Assembly (NCBI RefSeq): GCF_006345805.1
Contig: NC_043024.1
Coordinates: 16,244,001 to 16,308,000, forward strand
DNA: 64,000 nucleotides
Reading direction: 5' to 3'
Source: Octopus sinensis
Lineage: Eukaryota
Below the pieces are notes generated by a model. It made no database searches, was not told where the DNA came from, and saw only the letters and a list, made by a program, of their open reading frames with translations. Both the position numbers and the translations under genes were made by a program. Positions 1 through 10,735 of this stretch are shown in pieces; the first letter of the stretch is position 1; each line of letters starts with the position of its first letter.

Positions 1-173
1 ATGATTTGTTTTTATAAGTTTTGAATTAAAATCTTCCACCAAACCTTAGTCACAATTTATGTTCCTAACACTAGCTTAATGATAACTAAGTTATTTCACT
101 AAATTCTTTGTTATATTTTAAAGTAATTGAAAGAAACACAGAGCATCTCAAAATAAATACAGTAATGAAAGGG
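1..173 (+). mobile_element. piggyBac-type MITE family 1, left end cut by window edge
   Basis: Ends AAAGGG followed by TTAA (174-177); body matches copies at 3123 and 35572/35825. Confidence 0.75.
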
Positions 174-432
174 TTAAACACAAGATATGAACATGGAAAC
201 AAGTGTCCCAATATTATTAAAAGCTGAAAAATCTATCCAGGATCTGATTACAGCAGTGAGCACAATCTAATTCTGACTTAAATAAATGTAAAATTAACAA
301 AACCCACTCAATCACCAAAGTTAATCATAGAACTAGGTTAGAACATGAGAGAAAAAGACACAATGGTGATTAAAATAGACTGTGCTGGAAGAGCTGACAA
401 ATGCAGAAAACCATTGAGGGAAACCTTAAGGA

Positions 433-840
433 GGTGCGGGAGTGGCTGTGTGGTAAGTACCTTACCAACCACATGGTCATGGGTTCAGTCCCACTGTGTG
501 GCACCTTGGGCAAGTGTCTTCTACTATAACCTTGGGCCGACCAAAACCTTGTGAGTGGATTTGGCAGACAGAAACTGAAAGAAGCCCGTCACATATATGT
601 ATATGTATATGTGTGTGTGTGTGTGTCTGTGTTTGTCCCCACAACATCGATTGACAACCAATGCTGGTGTGTTTATGTCCCTGTAACTTAGCGGTTTGGC
701 AAAAGAGACCGATAGAATAAGTACTAGGCTTACAAAGAATAAGCTCTGGGGTCGATTTGCTCGACTAAAGGCGGTGCTCCAGCATGGCCGCAGTCAAATG
801 ACTGAAACAAGTAAAAGAAAAGAAAAATAAAAGAAAAGAG
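433..840 (+). mobile_element. tRNA-headed SINE family A
   Basis: A box TGGCTGTGTGG, B box GGTTCAGTCC, CORE-like CCTTGGGCAAGTG, internal (TA/TG)n, tail GAAACAAGTAAAAG; about 20 related copies in window. Confidence 0.85.
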
Positions 841-1028
841 TATGCAAACAATGTAGGGCAAAATACGGTGTGTGATCAGTTAAGGCACTTGGTCTTAAAT
901 TCATGTATTTTTTCTCTTTTTTTTTGTTTATCTCTTTTTTCTTTCTTTTTCTTTCTCTGTTCCTCTTTTTCCATTTTTTTACTCCTAGGGTTTTTCTTTA
1001 TCTACTCTTGTTGATGATACGTATTATA

Positions 1029-1063
1029 TATGTATCATATACATACATACATACATACACACA

Positions 1064-1099
<36 letters not shown>

Positions 1100-1128
1100 T
1101 ATATATATGTATACATATATATATACAT

Positions 1129-1221
<93 letters not shown>

Positions 1222-1225
1222 CACA
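1029..1225. repeat. (TACA)n/(TA)n microsatellite
   Basis: Directly visible. Confidence 0.95.
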
Positions 1226-1269
1226 CGTGTTATATTCCAATTAAGGTTTGGAGCATAGTAACACATTAA

Positions 1270-1410
1270 AAAAAATGGGTGTCAGATGAAACTTAATCTC
1301 TCATTAGAAAGAGTAAAATAAATATAACTGATGATGGGAAATACCAAGAACTGAATAAAGAAATAAGACAAAAATGTGAAGAAGTAAAAGAACAGTGGAT
1401 GAAAAATGCG
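1270..1410 (+). pseudogene. Decayed RTE LINE ORF fragment (linker between endonuclease and RT)
   Basis: Hand translation KWVSDET...GKYQELNKEIRQKCEEVKEQWMKN resembles the RTE linker; frameshifted. Confidence 0.4.
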
Positions 1411-2341
1411 ATTATATTGTGAGATTGTTCCAGAGGGTGTCACTGTGCATAAAAAAAGAGGTAGAAGTCTTATCTGTTAATATTTTTCGCAATAGCTTTG
1501 TTTTGTGATGTGAGGTATAAATGTGTTGCAATTGTTGCTCATTGTAAATGCATTGTGAGCGTACAAGAGAATGTTGTACTTGTAAGGCAGATGTAACTAT
1601 TAGAATGATAAAGTTTACAACTTTCACTTATAATGAATTGCCTACAAGACTAGATGATAAATTATGGAAGCAATATCACAACACTAAGCTGAAATAAGTC
1701 TGGAAATTGTCAATAAAATGAATTTAGGAACTGTATTGTTCAAGACAAACTACATAAATCATAAAATATGAAAAAATCTAATAAAAGCATTTAAACTGGA
1801 ACATAGGTATATTTGCAATATATAAATATGTGTGTGTGTGTGTGTGTGCGTTTTGTATTAATATATTACAATTGTTTCCATAAACTGACTGTTTTTATTC
1901 CATCACACACACACATATACATATGTATATACGTACATATATATATATATTTAATAATTAAGGGTACTACAGGTAAAACCAGCATGCTAAAAGTATGTTG
2001 TATAGTGAAACTGTACTCTTCTCCCAGTAAAAAGTGGTAGTAGCCAGCCATTATGAATAGGTCAGTAGCCAGTCAACAAGAGTAGATAAAGAAGGTTGAG
2101 AAGGTTGAGAGTGATGAGAGTACGTGTCGACTGTGTTGTAGTCGTGTCTGTGTTGATGTAGTAATTATGCTGTTATACTGAGTGGACTTTTGAGGATAAT
2201 AACACTGTGCAACTGGGGGTTGTACGGTGCCAGATAGAACCATTCTATTGATGACTTTGGAATATAACAATATCTGTCAGAGCGACAACCATTGTCAAAA
2301 GACAAATATAACAGTGGCAAAAGACTGCTTTACAACAAAAC

Positions 2342-2440
2342 AGCAGTCAGAAGACGACTACAATCACAAATTTTCATTCCTCCGACTTCAGTTAATGAGT
2401 ATCAGTGAACATTTGTGGTTGTAGTCGTCTTCTGACTGCT
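2342..2440. repeat. 30 bp inverted repeat with 39 nt loop
   Basis: Arms 2342-2371 and 2411-2440 are complementary with one G.U position. Confidence 0.9.
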
Positions 2441-2581
2441 ACTTTTAGTGCACTGGTGCCACCTGTAATAATCTTAATTATTAATTAATAATTTTTTACC
2501 TCATGATATTTTCTTACACATGCTATGCCACTTGATATTATTGTAAACAATAATATGCTTGGGATCTTGGGGTTAGAGCCA

Positions 2582-2810
2582 GGAGCATATGGCATAGTGG
2601 TTAAGAGCACAGGCTACAAACCCCAAGATTCCGAGTTCGACTCCAGGCAGGGACCTGAATAATAATAATAACATTGAAAAATACCTTAGGAATGAGAACC
2701 CAGGATCGAAATTTCCCCAAGACACCTAAAGAAGGCTGGAGGGTATATCAGCCGAAAAGTTGTATTAACAAGATGAGGACAAATATCCGTCAACTGTAAA
2801 TAATATCCTT
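2582..2810 (+). mobile_element. tRNA-headed SINE-like element with hammerhead-like tail
   Basis: A box TGGCATAGTGG 2590-2600, B box GAGTTCGACTCC 2633-2644, (AAT)n linker, then hammerhead-shaped motif 2721-2766. Confidence 0.6.
2721..2766 (+). ncRNA. Degenerate minimal hammerhead motif (H2)
   Basis: GACAC-CUAAAGA-A-GGCUG(10 nt)CAGCC-GAA-AAGU-U-GUAUU; stem II perfect, core G5 and palindrome C changed. Confidence 0.45.
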
Positions 2811-2839
2811 ATATATATTTTTATAGTTTATATATCAAA

Positions 2840-3000
2840 ATCATCATCATCATTTAACATCCACCTTCCATGCTTGCGTGGGTGGGAGAGTTTCACTAGA
2901 GTCAGGCAGGCAGATGCCTGCATCAGATTTCTGTGACTGTTTTGGAAGGATTTTTACAGCTGGATGCCCTTCCTAACACCAACCACTCAGCTGAATGGAC
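2840..3000 (-). mobile_element. RTE LINE 3' tail fragment
   Basis: Reverse complement of the 3' end of the RTE at 30800-30998, with (GAT)n tail. Confidence 0.7.
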
Positions 3001-3122
3001 TTTTATATTTATGGTAAGTGGCTCTTACAGGACTTGTTCTGTTGCATTCTTGGAGAATTCATGAGAGAGTAGAATAGATGTTTCTGCAAGTAGATCAAGA
3101 TTGAACAGTCAATGGCCATTAA

Positions 3123-3343
3123 CCCTTCTGTTACCATGTTTCTGTTGAGATGCTTTGTGTTTCTTTCAGTTAAATTTAAATATAACAGAGTATTTAGTAA
3201 AATTACTTAGTTATCATTATGTTAGTGTTATGAACACAATTGTGACTAAGGTTTGGTGGAAGATTTTAATTCAGAACTTTTGAAAACAAGACGTTTGTAC
3301 TACAGAACCAGAGGCTGTTTCAGCTGGGTTGGTATCAAAAGGG
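3123..3343 (-). mobile_element. piggyBac-type MITE family 1, full length
   Basis: TTAA (3119-3122) CCCTT...AAGGG TTAA (3344-3347). Confidence 0.8.
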
Positions 3344-3374
3344 TTAAGAATTGTTTCTCTATTATATATTTTAA

Positions 3375-3496
3375 CCCTTTTGTTAGCATATTTCTGTTAA
3401 GATGCTCTGTGTTTCTTTGAATTAATTTTAAATATACCAAAGAATTTAGTAAAATAGCTTAGTTATCATTAAGTTAGTGTTAGGAACATAAATTGT
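3375..3496 (-). mobile_element. piggyBac-type MITE family 1, partial second copy
   Basis: TTAA CCCTTTT start; matches the 3' half of the family. Confidence 0.7.
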
Positions 3497-3954
3497 ATCG
3501 TATTTATTGTCTGTGAAAATTATAGAATATAAAACAACTTTGATAAAAAATTATATCTACTTTTCTGATGAAAACAATGCCATTCTGAACATTTTGGCCG
3601 CAACTGTATATGAAATATTGAATTTAGTTCACGAACTTCCAGTACTACTTTTGCAGACCTCCAGGTTTCTGCAGACCACAGGCTGGGAAACACTGCTCTA
3701 GGCCAATACGGTAAATAAAAATACCAGTCATATACTGAGGGATTCTATTAAACCACTGCTTCACAAAGTTGTTGTCTTGTGCTAAGAAATTATCATTTAA
3801 TTTTTATCAGTTAGTTTAAATAAATGTCCAAGTTTTGTATTTGAACAACAATTCTGAAGAGGCTGGAATTTTAATTACATTGGAATTTTAATCAGATTTT
3901 CAATACATGTCCATTATGTATACACACATTGACATGAATGCACTTATATTATAG

Positions 3955-4020
<66 letters not shown>

Positions 4021-4069
4021 AAGGTATACCTAAATATATATATATAGATATGTAAATATAAATATATAT

Positions 4070-4150
<81 letters not shown>

Positions 4151-4264
4151 ATATATATATGGCAAGAAGAAAATGGAGTGAATCAAGAGATAGTATTCAT
4201 CAGCTGTTAGACATTATATTATGTCTATTTATTTATTTTAAACAGTTCAGATGATATATATATG

Positions 4265-4321
<57 letters not shown>

Positions 4322-4410
4322 TATACATCTGTGTGTATATGCATATTCATACATATATTCACGCGTACACACGCACACACATGTTATAGCATGTAAATAC
4401 CCCCCCCCCC
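3955..4410. repeat. (TA)n-dominated microsatellite blocks
   Basis: Directly visible, interrupted by 4161-4250. Confidence 0.9.
4161..4245 (-). mobile_element. Fragment related to the 48522/52084 element, keeps CUGAUGA hammerhead half-core
   Basis: Shares AGAAAATGGA...TTAGACATTATATTATGTC.ATTTATTTAT with 48634-48700; TCATCAG at 4197-4203; truncated at (TA)n. Confidence 0.4.
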
Positions 4411-4878
4411 CCCACAAACATTTATGCGCATATAATGAATGAATTAACTTGGTTGAAATAAATTTATCATGTTCAAATGTTTTTTTTGTATGTTTATTAA
4501 TGAATATCAATATACAATATTGAAATACATAATAATTAATATTCAAATATTATTCATAAAATTATGCTATGACTATTAATTATTGTATATCATGTGACAT
4601 AGACTTCTGACTATTTACAAAGACAATTCTGATATCAATTCTTTTCAAGTGTTTTTAAAAAGAAAAGATACATGAATGATATAAACGTCTCAAAATATTT
4701 GTTCTTTCTGACAGGAGAGAAAATTCTCTGAGAGTGATACACATTTTGAACTTCTTTCAAACAACATCAAAAACCTACAGAAGAAAAATTGGCACATAGT
4801 GTTAGAATTTATCAAGAAGCCCAAATATTAGTCATCAAACTTAAAATAAATAGAACTAAGCCTTTAGCATCAGCTAAA

Positions 4879-4976
4879 CCATAAAATACATTTAAAGACC
4901 ATAAGTTACATTTAAAGATCATAAATTTCATTTAAAGACCATAAATTACATTTAAAGATCATAAATTACATTTAAA
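4879..4976. repeat. 20 bp tandem repeat, about 5 copies
   Basis: Unit approximately CCATAAATTACATTTAAAGA. Confidence 0.9.
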
Positions 4977-5277
4977 TTAGTTGTCATTTGTAAACTATTT
5001 TAAATGCCTGTTGTACTAAAAAGAAGTTAAACCAGTAATCCATCTTCATGGAAAAATTGTTCCACTCTAATCAATTAATGTCACCAAACAAACTATAAGC
5101 TTGAAATTTACCCAGTTTAACATAGAGGAATCTTCACTACTCATTACAGAGGTGATAGCTCATTAATTTCCTGCCACATGAACAGTCATCAGCATCATAA
5201 AACAAGGAAACCCCTTAATTACTTAAAGAACATAGCTTAAGATTGACATCTATCATTGACATTAATGTTATTTATTT

Positions 5278-5865
5278 GTTATCATCATCATCATCGTTTA
5301 ACGTCCACTTTCCATGCTAGCATGGGTTAGACGATTTGACTGAGGTCTGGCAAACCAGACGGCTGCACCAGGCTCCAATCTGATGTAGCAGAGTTTCTAC
5401 AGGTGGATGCCCTTCCTAACACCAACCACTCCGAGAGTGTAATGGGTGCTTTTACGTGCCACCGGCATGAGGGCCAGTCAGGTGATACTGACAATGGCTA
5501 TGCTCAAATGGTGCTTTTTATGTGGCACCTGCACAAGAGCCAGTCCAGCGGCACTGGTAACGACCTTGCTCAAATGTTTTTTCACATGCCACCAGCACAA
5601 GTGTCAGTAAGGCAACACAGGTAACAATCACGCTCGAATGGTGCTTTTTACATGCCACCGGCACAGAAGCCAGTTTTTTGCTCTATCAACGATCACACTT
5701 GAATGATACTCTTAGTGCTCCACTAGCATGGATGCCAGTCATCGAATTTGATTTCAATTTCGATTTCACTTACCTCAACAGGTCTTCGCAAGTAGAGTTT
5801 AGTGTCCAATGAAGGAAAGGTACGCACAAGTGGGCTGGTTTCACCCCTGGCATAGACCATGAGGT
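5278..5865 (-). mobile_element. RTE LINE 3' UTR fragment
   Basis: (GAT)n tail, CATGCTAGCATG palindrome, repeated GGCACGTAAAAAGCACC-type units. Confidence 0.8.
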
Positions 5866-6109
5866 ACACTTATATATGAGTAAATATTGCTCTTATAGGA
5901 AGCTTCAGGAATTGCTGGTAATTAGTAACAAGTCCTCCAGTAATCTTGAAAAATTTAGTGAATAGCCATTAGCTGTCGCATTTCTATTATTTTCTAAGTT
6001 AAAAATTGTTTTTACTTTACTCTGTAGGAAACAATGACATTGTCTTGGTACAAGAGTAGCTCCTAGTTTGAATTCAAGGGTAGGAGTGATAATGGTTATG
6101 ATAGTTGTA

Positions 6110-6262
6110 GGCCGAAGGTGGATACTAGACATCAAAAGGAAGTCTTTAGCAGCAGACACCATTGTTCTTCAGCAAGCTAACACATCCAGAATTGAAACGA
6201 TCAGATGCGTTGGGTTGGGCATTTTGCTAGGATACAGGAGGACAGGTTTGTGTATATCAAGT
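6110..6262 (+). pseudogene. Decayed RTE ORF C-terminal fragment
   Basis: RRWILDIK...VLQQANTSRIETI then frameshift QMRWVGHFARIQEDR matches the RTE L/MRWxGHVxRM motif. Confidence 0.55.
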
Positions 6263-6501
6263 ATAAGGAAAGGTTTCGGTAATTAGTAACCATTTTAATT
6301 TATAGTTAATATTTTGCATTTTTAGAAGGATGACATATGTTGCTAGTGATGTGGAAAATTTGCTGAATATCTATTGTTTCAATGCATATATTTGCCTCTC
6401 ATATTGAAATATTTATTTTACATATATATTTTTATGAAGCATTTAATGGATTGAAATTTTACTTTCATATATGAACTGATAACCCAGAATTTTGTCTCTG
6501 C

Positions 6502-6880
6502 TGAGACCTGTTGAGGCAAGTGAAATCGAAATCAAATTCAATGACTGGCATCCGTGCTAGTGGAGCACTAAGAGCACCATCCGAGCATGATCATTGCCAG
6601 AGCAACTGACTGGCTTCAGTGCTGGTGGCACATAAAAAGCACCATTCGAGCATGATCGTTACCAGCGTCGCTTTACTGGCACTTGTGCAGGTGTGCAGGT
6701 GACATGTAAAAAAAACGATTTTTATTTTTGTGGCCGTTGCCAGTGCCGGTGGCACAAAAAAAGCACCCACTAAACTCTCAGAGTAGTTGGCATTAGGAAG
6801 GGCATCAAGCTGTAGAAATTCTGCCAGATCAAGATTGGACCCTGGTGCAGCCATCTGGTTCGCCAGTCCTCAGTCAAATC
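6502..6880 (+). mobile_element. RTE LINE 3' UTR fragment
   Basis: Matches 30240-30960 (GAGGCAAGTGAAATCG...GGAAGGGCATC.AGCTGTAGAAA). Confidence 0.75.
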
Positions 6881-6894
6881 ATTATCATTTGATT

Positions 6895-7056
6895 TTTATT
6901 TTGATGTTGGTGTCGATGTACTTGACTCAGTAGGTCACCTCAAGCATAGCGGTTCACCCTATGATCCAAGGTTAGCACAGCAGGCCACCCTGCGAGCCAT
7001 GAATTCACTTCATTTGTCAGGTCTTCGCAGTCAGCATATCTCAGATATCTCGGTCT
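6895..7056 (-). mobile_element. RTE ORF-end/UTR junction fragment, divergent subfamily
   Basis: GACCGAGATATCTGAGATATGCTG...GAAGACC parallels the RTE ORF end at 30130-30180. Confidence 0.45.
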
Positions 7057-7066
7057 TATATATATA

Positions 7067-7266
7067 ATCGCTAGCTTCTGCACGCATTTTTTTTCTCTCC
7101 TTGTTTCTCTCCGTGTTTCTTTTCTGTGTATCTTTCTGTCGAAGAGCGTAGGCTCAAAACGTAAAAGACTTGTTTTATTTATATTCCTGAGCGCCATACT
7201 AATACAATTGTTTGTTTGTACTCCACCTGCCTTCGTCTTTTGTTTATTTTCATAAAGCTTCCCGTT
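7067..7266 (+). mobile_element. About 200 bp hammerhead-bearing short element (H1 family), copy 1
   Basis: Near-identical to 8824-9034; hammerhead 7131-7168 with G12 changed to A; flanked by TA repeats. Confidence 0.75.
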
Positions 7267-7267
7267 A

Positions 7268-7680
7268 TAGGCGCAGGAGTGGCTGTGTGGTAAGTAGCTT
7301 GCTAACCAACCACATGGTTCCGGGTTCAGTCCCACTGCGTGGCATCTTGGGCAAGTGTCTTCTGCTATAGCCCCGGGCCGACCAATGCCTTGTGGGTGGA
7401 TTTGGTAGACGGAAACTGAAAGAAGCCTGTCGTATATATGTATATATATATGTGTGTGTGTTTATGTGTCTGTGTTTGTCCCCCTAGCATCGCTTGACAA
7501 CCGATGCTGGTGTGTTTACGTCCCCGTCACTTAGCGGTTCGGCAAAAAAGAGACCGATAGAATAAGTACTGGGCTTACAAAGAATAAGTTCCGGGGTCGA
7601 GTTGCTCGATTAAAGGCGGTGCTCCAGCATGGCCGCAGTCAAATGACTGAAACAAGTAAAAGAGAAAAAGAGAAAGAGAA
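7268..7680 (+). mobile_element. SINE family A
   Basis: Full head-to-tail match to family. Confidence 0.9.
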
Positions 7681-7892
7681 TATATATATATATTTATATG
7701 AGATTTGATCAATAAGTATTTGGACTGTTGCCATAGTAACGAAGATAAAGCATGCAGAGTGAAGCCACCCAGCAAAGATTGACCATGAACTCTGCTGTGC
7801 ATGTGCAATAAGTTTTAACGTTCTAGCTCACTTCCGCTGTTTACTGCAGTGCTTGGAAAGAAGGTGAGTAGTGTGTGATTGTCGCATTGGCC

Positions 7893-8131
7893 ATGACGGA
7901 GAAAGTTGTCATGGAGGTACCTGCTCAGAGGACTACGTAAAGTTGCAGAAAGCGTATGGAGAGGAGTGTATGAGCCGCATACAAGGGTACGGGTGGTTCA
8001 GACGTCGAAAAGTGTCAAACGTTCTACGAGATACACAACCAGCAGAACTGAGAAAAACATCGCAGATGTGCGTGCAGCCGTGAGTGGAAATTCTCGAATC
8101 ACCATCCGTGAGTTATTAGCGGATGTGCAGA
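7893..8131 (+). pseudogene. mariner transposase N-terminal (HTH) fossil
   Basis: YVKLQKAYGEECMSRIQGYGWFRR and TSRTEKNIADVRAAVSGNSRITIRELL in two frames match mariner HTH motifs. Confidence 0.8.
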
Positions 8132-8156
8132 TTATATATATATATATATATAAATA

Positions 8157-8702
8157 CATAAAAGCAAATAAATGGCACAATGAAGTACCGATATTTACTG
8201 GAAAATAGCGAACGTAATAAATACGATGCTAATGTATAGCTTCACTGCGTATGTACTAGCAAAAATGCGTGTGTGCAACAAACTTGAAAAAAATTGTCTT
8301 ACCTCCAGGGAGAACATCTGAAAGATGAAATACCTAGAAAGGGATAATGTGGGACCGGTTTCAGATTTTTCAAAATATGTCTGCCCACATATATTTGATT
8401 TATCTTCATCAGCCAACATATACCTCGACAACATTTCAAATGTTGCCACATCCATGCCAATACACTCGACTGAACGCCAAAACGTTGACAGAACGAGAAA
8501 CCGGTACCACATTATCCCTTTCTAGGTATTTCATCTTTTAGATGTTCTCCCTGGAGGTAAGACAATTTTTTTCAAGTTTGTTGCACACACGCATTTTTGC
8601 TAGTACATACGCAGTGAAGCTATACATTAGCGTCGTATTTATTACGTTCACTATTTTCCAGTAAATATCGGTACTTCGATGTGCCATTTATTTGCTTTTA
8701 TG
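8157..8702. mobile_element. Foldback element with 206 bp inverted arms carrying a hammerhead; probably a Penelope-type inverted-end remnant
   Basis: Arms 8157-8362 and 8497-8702 differ at only a handful of positions; 134 nt spacer; TA on both sides; abuts (TA)n at 8133-8152. Confidence 0.8.
8347..8419 (-). ncRNA. Type I hammerhead ribozyme fold, canonical core, GUC site (H6)
   Basis: AUGUUGG-CUGAUGA-AGAU(extended hairpin)AUCU-GAA-ACCGGU-C-CCACAU; all conserved core nucleotides present. Confidence 0.75.
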
Positions 8703-8775
8703 TATAATTTTCCCTCATGGGCTATTCTTTAGTGGAAAGCAATACTCCAGTATTGCATTACTAATTTATACATAT

Positions 8776-8823
<48 letters not shown>

Positions 8824-8826
<3 letters not shown>

Positions 8827-9033
8827 CCATGTTGATTCGTTAGCTACTGCACGCATTTTTTTTCTCTCCTTCTTTCTGTGTTTTTCTCTCTCTGTGTATC
8901 TTTCTGTTGAAGAGCGTAGGCTCGAAACGTTAAAGACTTGTTTTATTTATATTTCCTGAGCGCCATACTAATACAATTGTTCGTTTGTTTTCCACCTGCC
9001 TTCGTCTTTTGTTTATTTTCATAAAGCTTCCCG

Positions 9034-9034
<1 letters not shown>
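8824..9034 (+). mobile_element. H1 family element, copy 2
   Basis: Between two (TA)n tracts; matches 7067-7266 and the reverse complements of 50881-51068 and 62941-63128. Confidence 0.8.
8899..8936 (+). ncRNA. Minimal hammerhead fold with U at position 6 (H1)
   Basis: UCUUU-CUGUUGA-A-GAGC(GUAG)GCUC-GAA-ACGU-U-AAAGA. Confidence 0.6.
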
Positions 9035-9074
<40 letters not shown>

Positions 9075-9401
9075 AATTAATATAAACAACTAGGTGCATG
9101 CAATATATATATAAATGTGTGTGCATGCGTATGCAAGCAAGCTTATATAAATACACCTATTTATATATGTATGTGTGCATACATATACACACACATACAC
9201 ACATATGCATTCTTAAACAATATATATATACACACACACACTCAAATTCAAATACATATCATACATTCACACACATAGACACTTGGAAGCACATACACTC
9301 ACACATTTGCATGCACATGCACGTACACACACACATACACACACGCACACATGCTTCCATCCACTCACAAACACATATGCATGCATACACATACTCATAC
9401 A

Positions 9402-9432
<31 letters not shown>

Positions 9433-9589
9433 TCACACCAGTTTCCATTGAAGTTTCATCAGGTTTTGATGCCAACAAGGGAAATCAAGGAAATTTAATT
9501 TGTCTCTTCCCTGCATCTTCTAATATCTGTAACCAGCATCCTTATCGCCATCACCATCATCTCTGATGTCGAAATTAACAACAGTAATA

Positions 9590-9865
9590 TTAACTGCGCA
9601 ACAACAACAACAACAGCAACATCTATACAATAATAATGCAGAAAACAACAAGAATACCACCACCACCACCACTATTACCATCACCACCACCACCAACGCC
9701 ACCACCACCACCACCACCACCACCACCAACGCCACCACCGCCACCACCACCACCACCAACAACAACAGCAACAACTACAACAGCTACAACATCAACAACA
9801 GTAATAATAAAACCAACAGCGGAAACAAAAAATATTCCAGTCACAACAACAACAACAAAAATAAC
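9590..9865. repeat. (CAA)n/(CAC)n trinucleotide array
   Basis: Directly visible; explains the polyQ/T/P/N ORFs. Confidence 0.95.
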
Positions 9866-10135
9866 ATGGATCTTTTATGTTGTTTATTTAACCTTCCAGA
9901 AAGAAGTCGAGTCTTTCTTAAAATATCCTATCATCTTAGTAATAGTAAGGCCATACTGAATGATGTTGTCCTTGAAAAGATTGGATGGTCATGGCTGGAA
10001 TGCCTTTGGTCATAAGTCTATTCTTTAAGCAAAAGTAAACGTGAAGCAAAAACGACAACAGTAGGAACCAGGGTGGCAACAAAGCAGCAAGGGAGCTTCT
10101 AGAGAATTGCTCAACTTGCAAGAAATAGTTGCCAA

Positions 10136-10735
10136 GGTGGTGAGCTGGCAGAAACGTTAGCATGCCGGGCGAAATGCTTAGCAGTATTTCGTCTGCCGTT
10201 ACGTTCTGAGTTCAAATTCCGCTGAGGTCGACTTTGCCTTTCATCCTTTCAGGGTCGATAAATTAAGTACCAGTTATGCACTGGGGTCGATATAATCGAT
10301 TTAATCCATTTGTCTGTCCTTGTTTGTCCCCTCTGTGTTTAGTCCCTTGTGGGTAGTAAAGAAATAGGTATTTTGTCTGCCGTTACTTTCTCAGTTCAAA
10401 TTCCGCCAAGGTCAACTTTGTCTTTCATCCTTTCGGGGTTGATAAATTAAGTACCAGTTACAAACTGGGGTCGATGTAATCGACTTAATCCCTTGTTTGT
10501 CCCCTCTATAAAGAAATAAGAAACGTTAGCACACCGGGTGAAATGCTTAGCGGTATTTTGTCTGCCGTTACGTTCTCAGTTCAAATTCCGCTGAGGTCGA
10601 CTTTGCCTTTCATCCTTTTGAGGTCGATAAATTAAGTACCAGTTATGCACTGGGGTCGATGTAATCAACATAATCCCTTTGTCTGTCTTTGTTTGTGCCC
10701 TCTATGTTTAGACCCTTGTGGGCAATATAGAAGTC
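10136..10735 (+). mobile_element. SINE family B, head-to-tail trimer
   Basis: A-box-like AGCTGGCAGAA, B box GAGTTCAAATTCC, core GCCTTTCATCCTTTCGGGGTCGATAAATTAAGTACCAG; one 15 bp TSD AGAAATAGTTGCCAA at 10121-10135 and 10736-10750. Confidence 0.9.

Noticed and set aside
903-1244. ORFs rich in YI, TH or CV dipeptides here and at about 3900-4550, 9100-9500, 31580-31930, 38420-38820, 41750-43400, 50125, 54540 and 57050-57550
   Set aside because: They are translations of TA, CA and TACA microsatellites
4715-4831. Acceptor-like TTTCTGACAG followed by a short open frame ERKFSESDTHFELL...
   Set aside because: No recognisable homology, no partner exons, and such signals are common in AT-rich DNA
6028-6248. 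Apparent exon with good acceptor and donor
   Set aside because: All three frames hit stops within about 40 nt, and the 3' part is an RTE fossil (MRWVGHFAR)
8157-8702. Reading this element and 63228-63603 as mariner MITEs (TA-flanked TIRs)
   Set aside because: Internal canonical hammerheads and a breakpoint at G12 fit Penelope inverted ends better, and the TA can come from (TA)n targets. Not fully excluded.
9566-10015. 149 aa polyQ/T/N ORF
   Set aside because: Trinucleotide repeat open in several frames with no domain content
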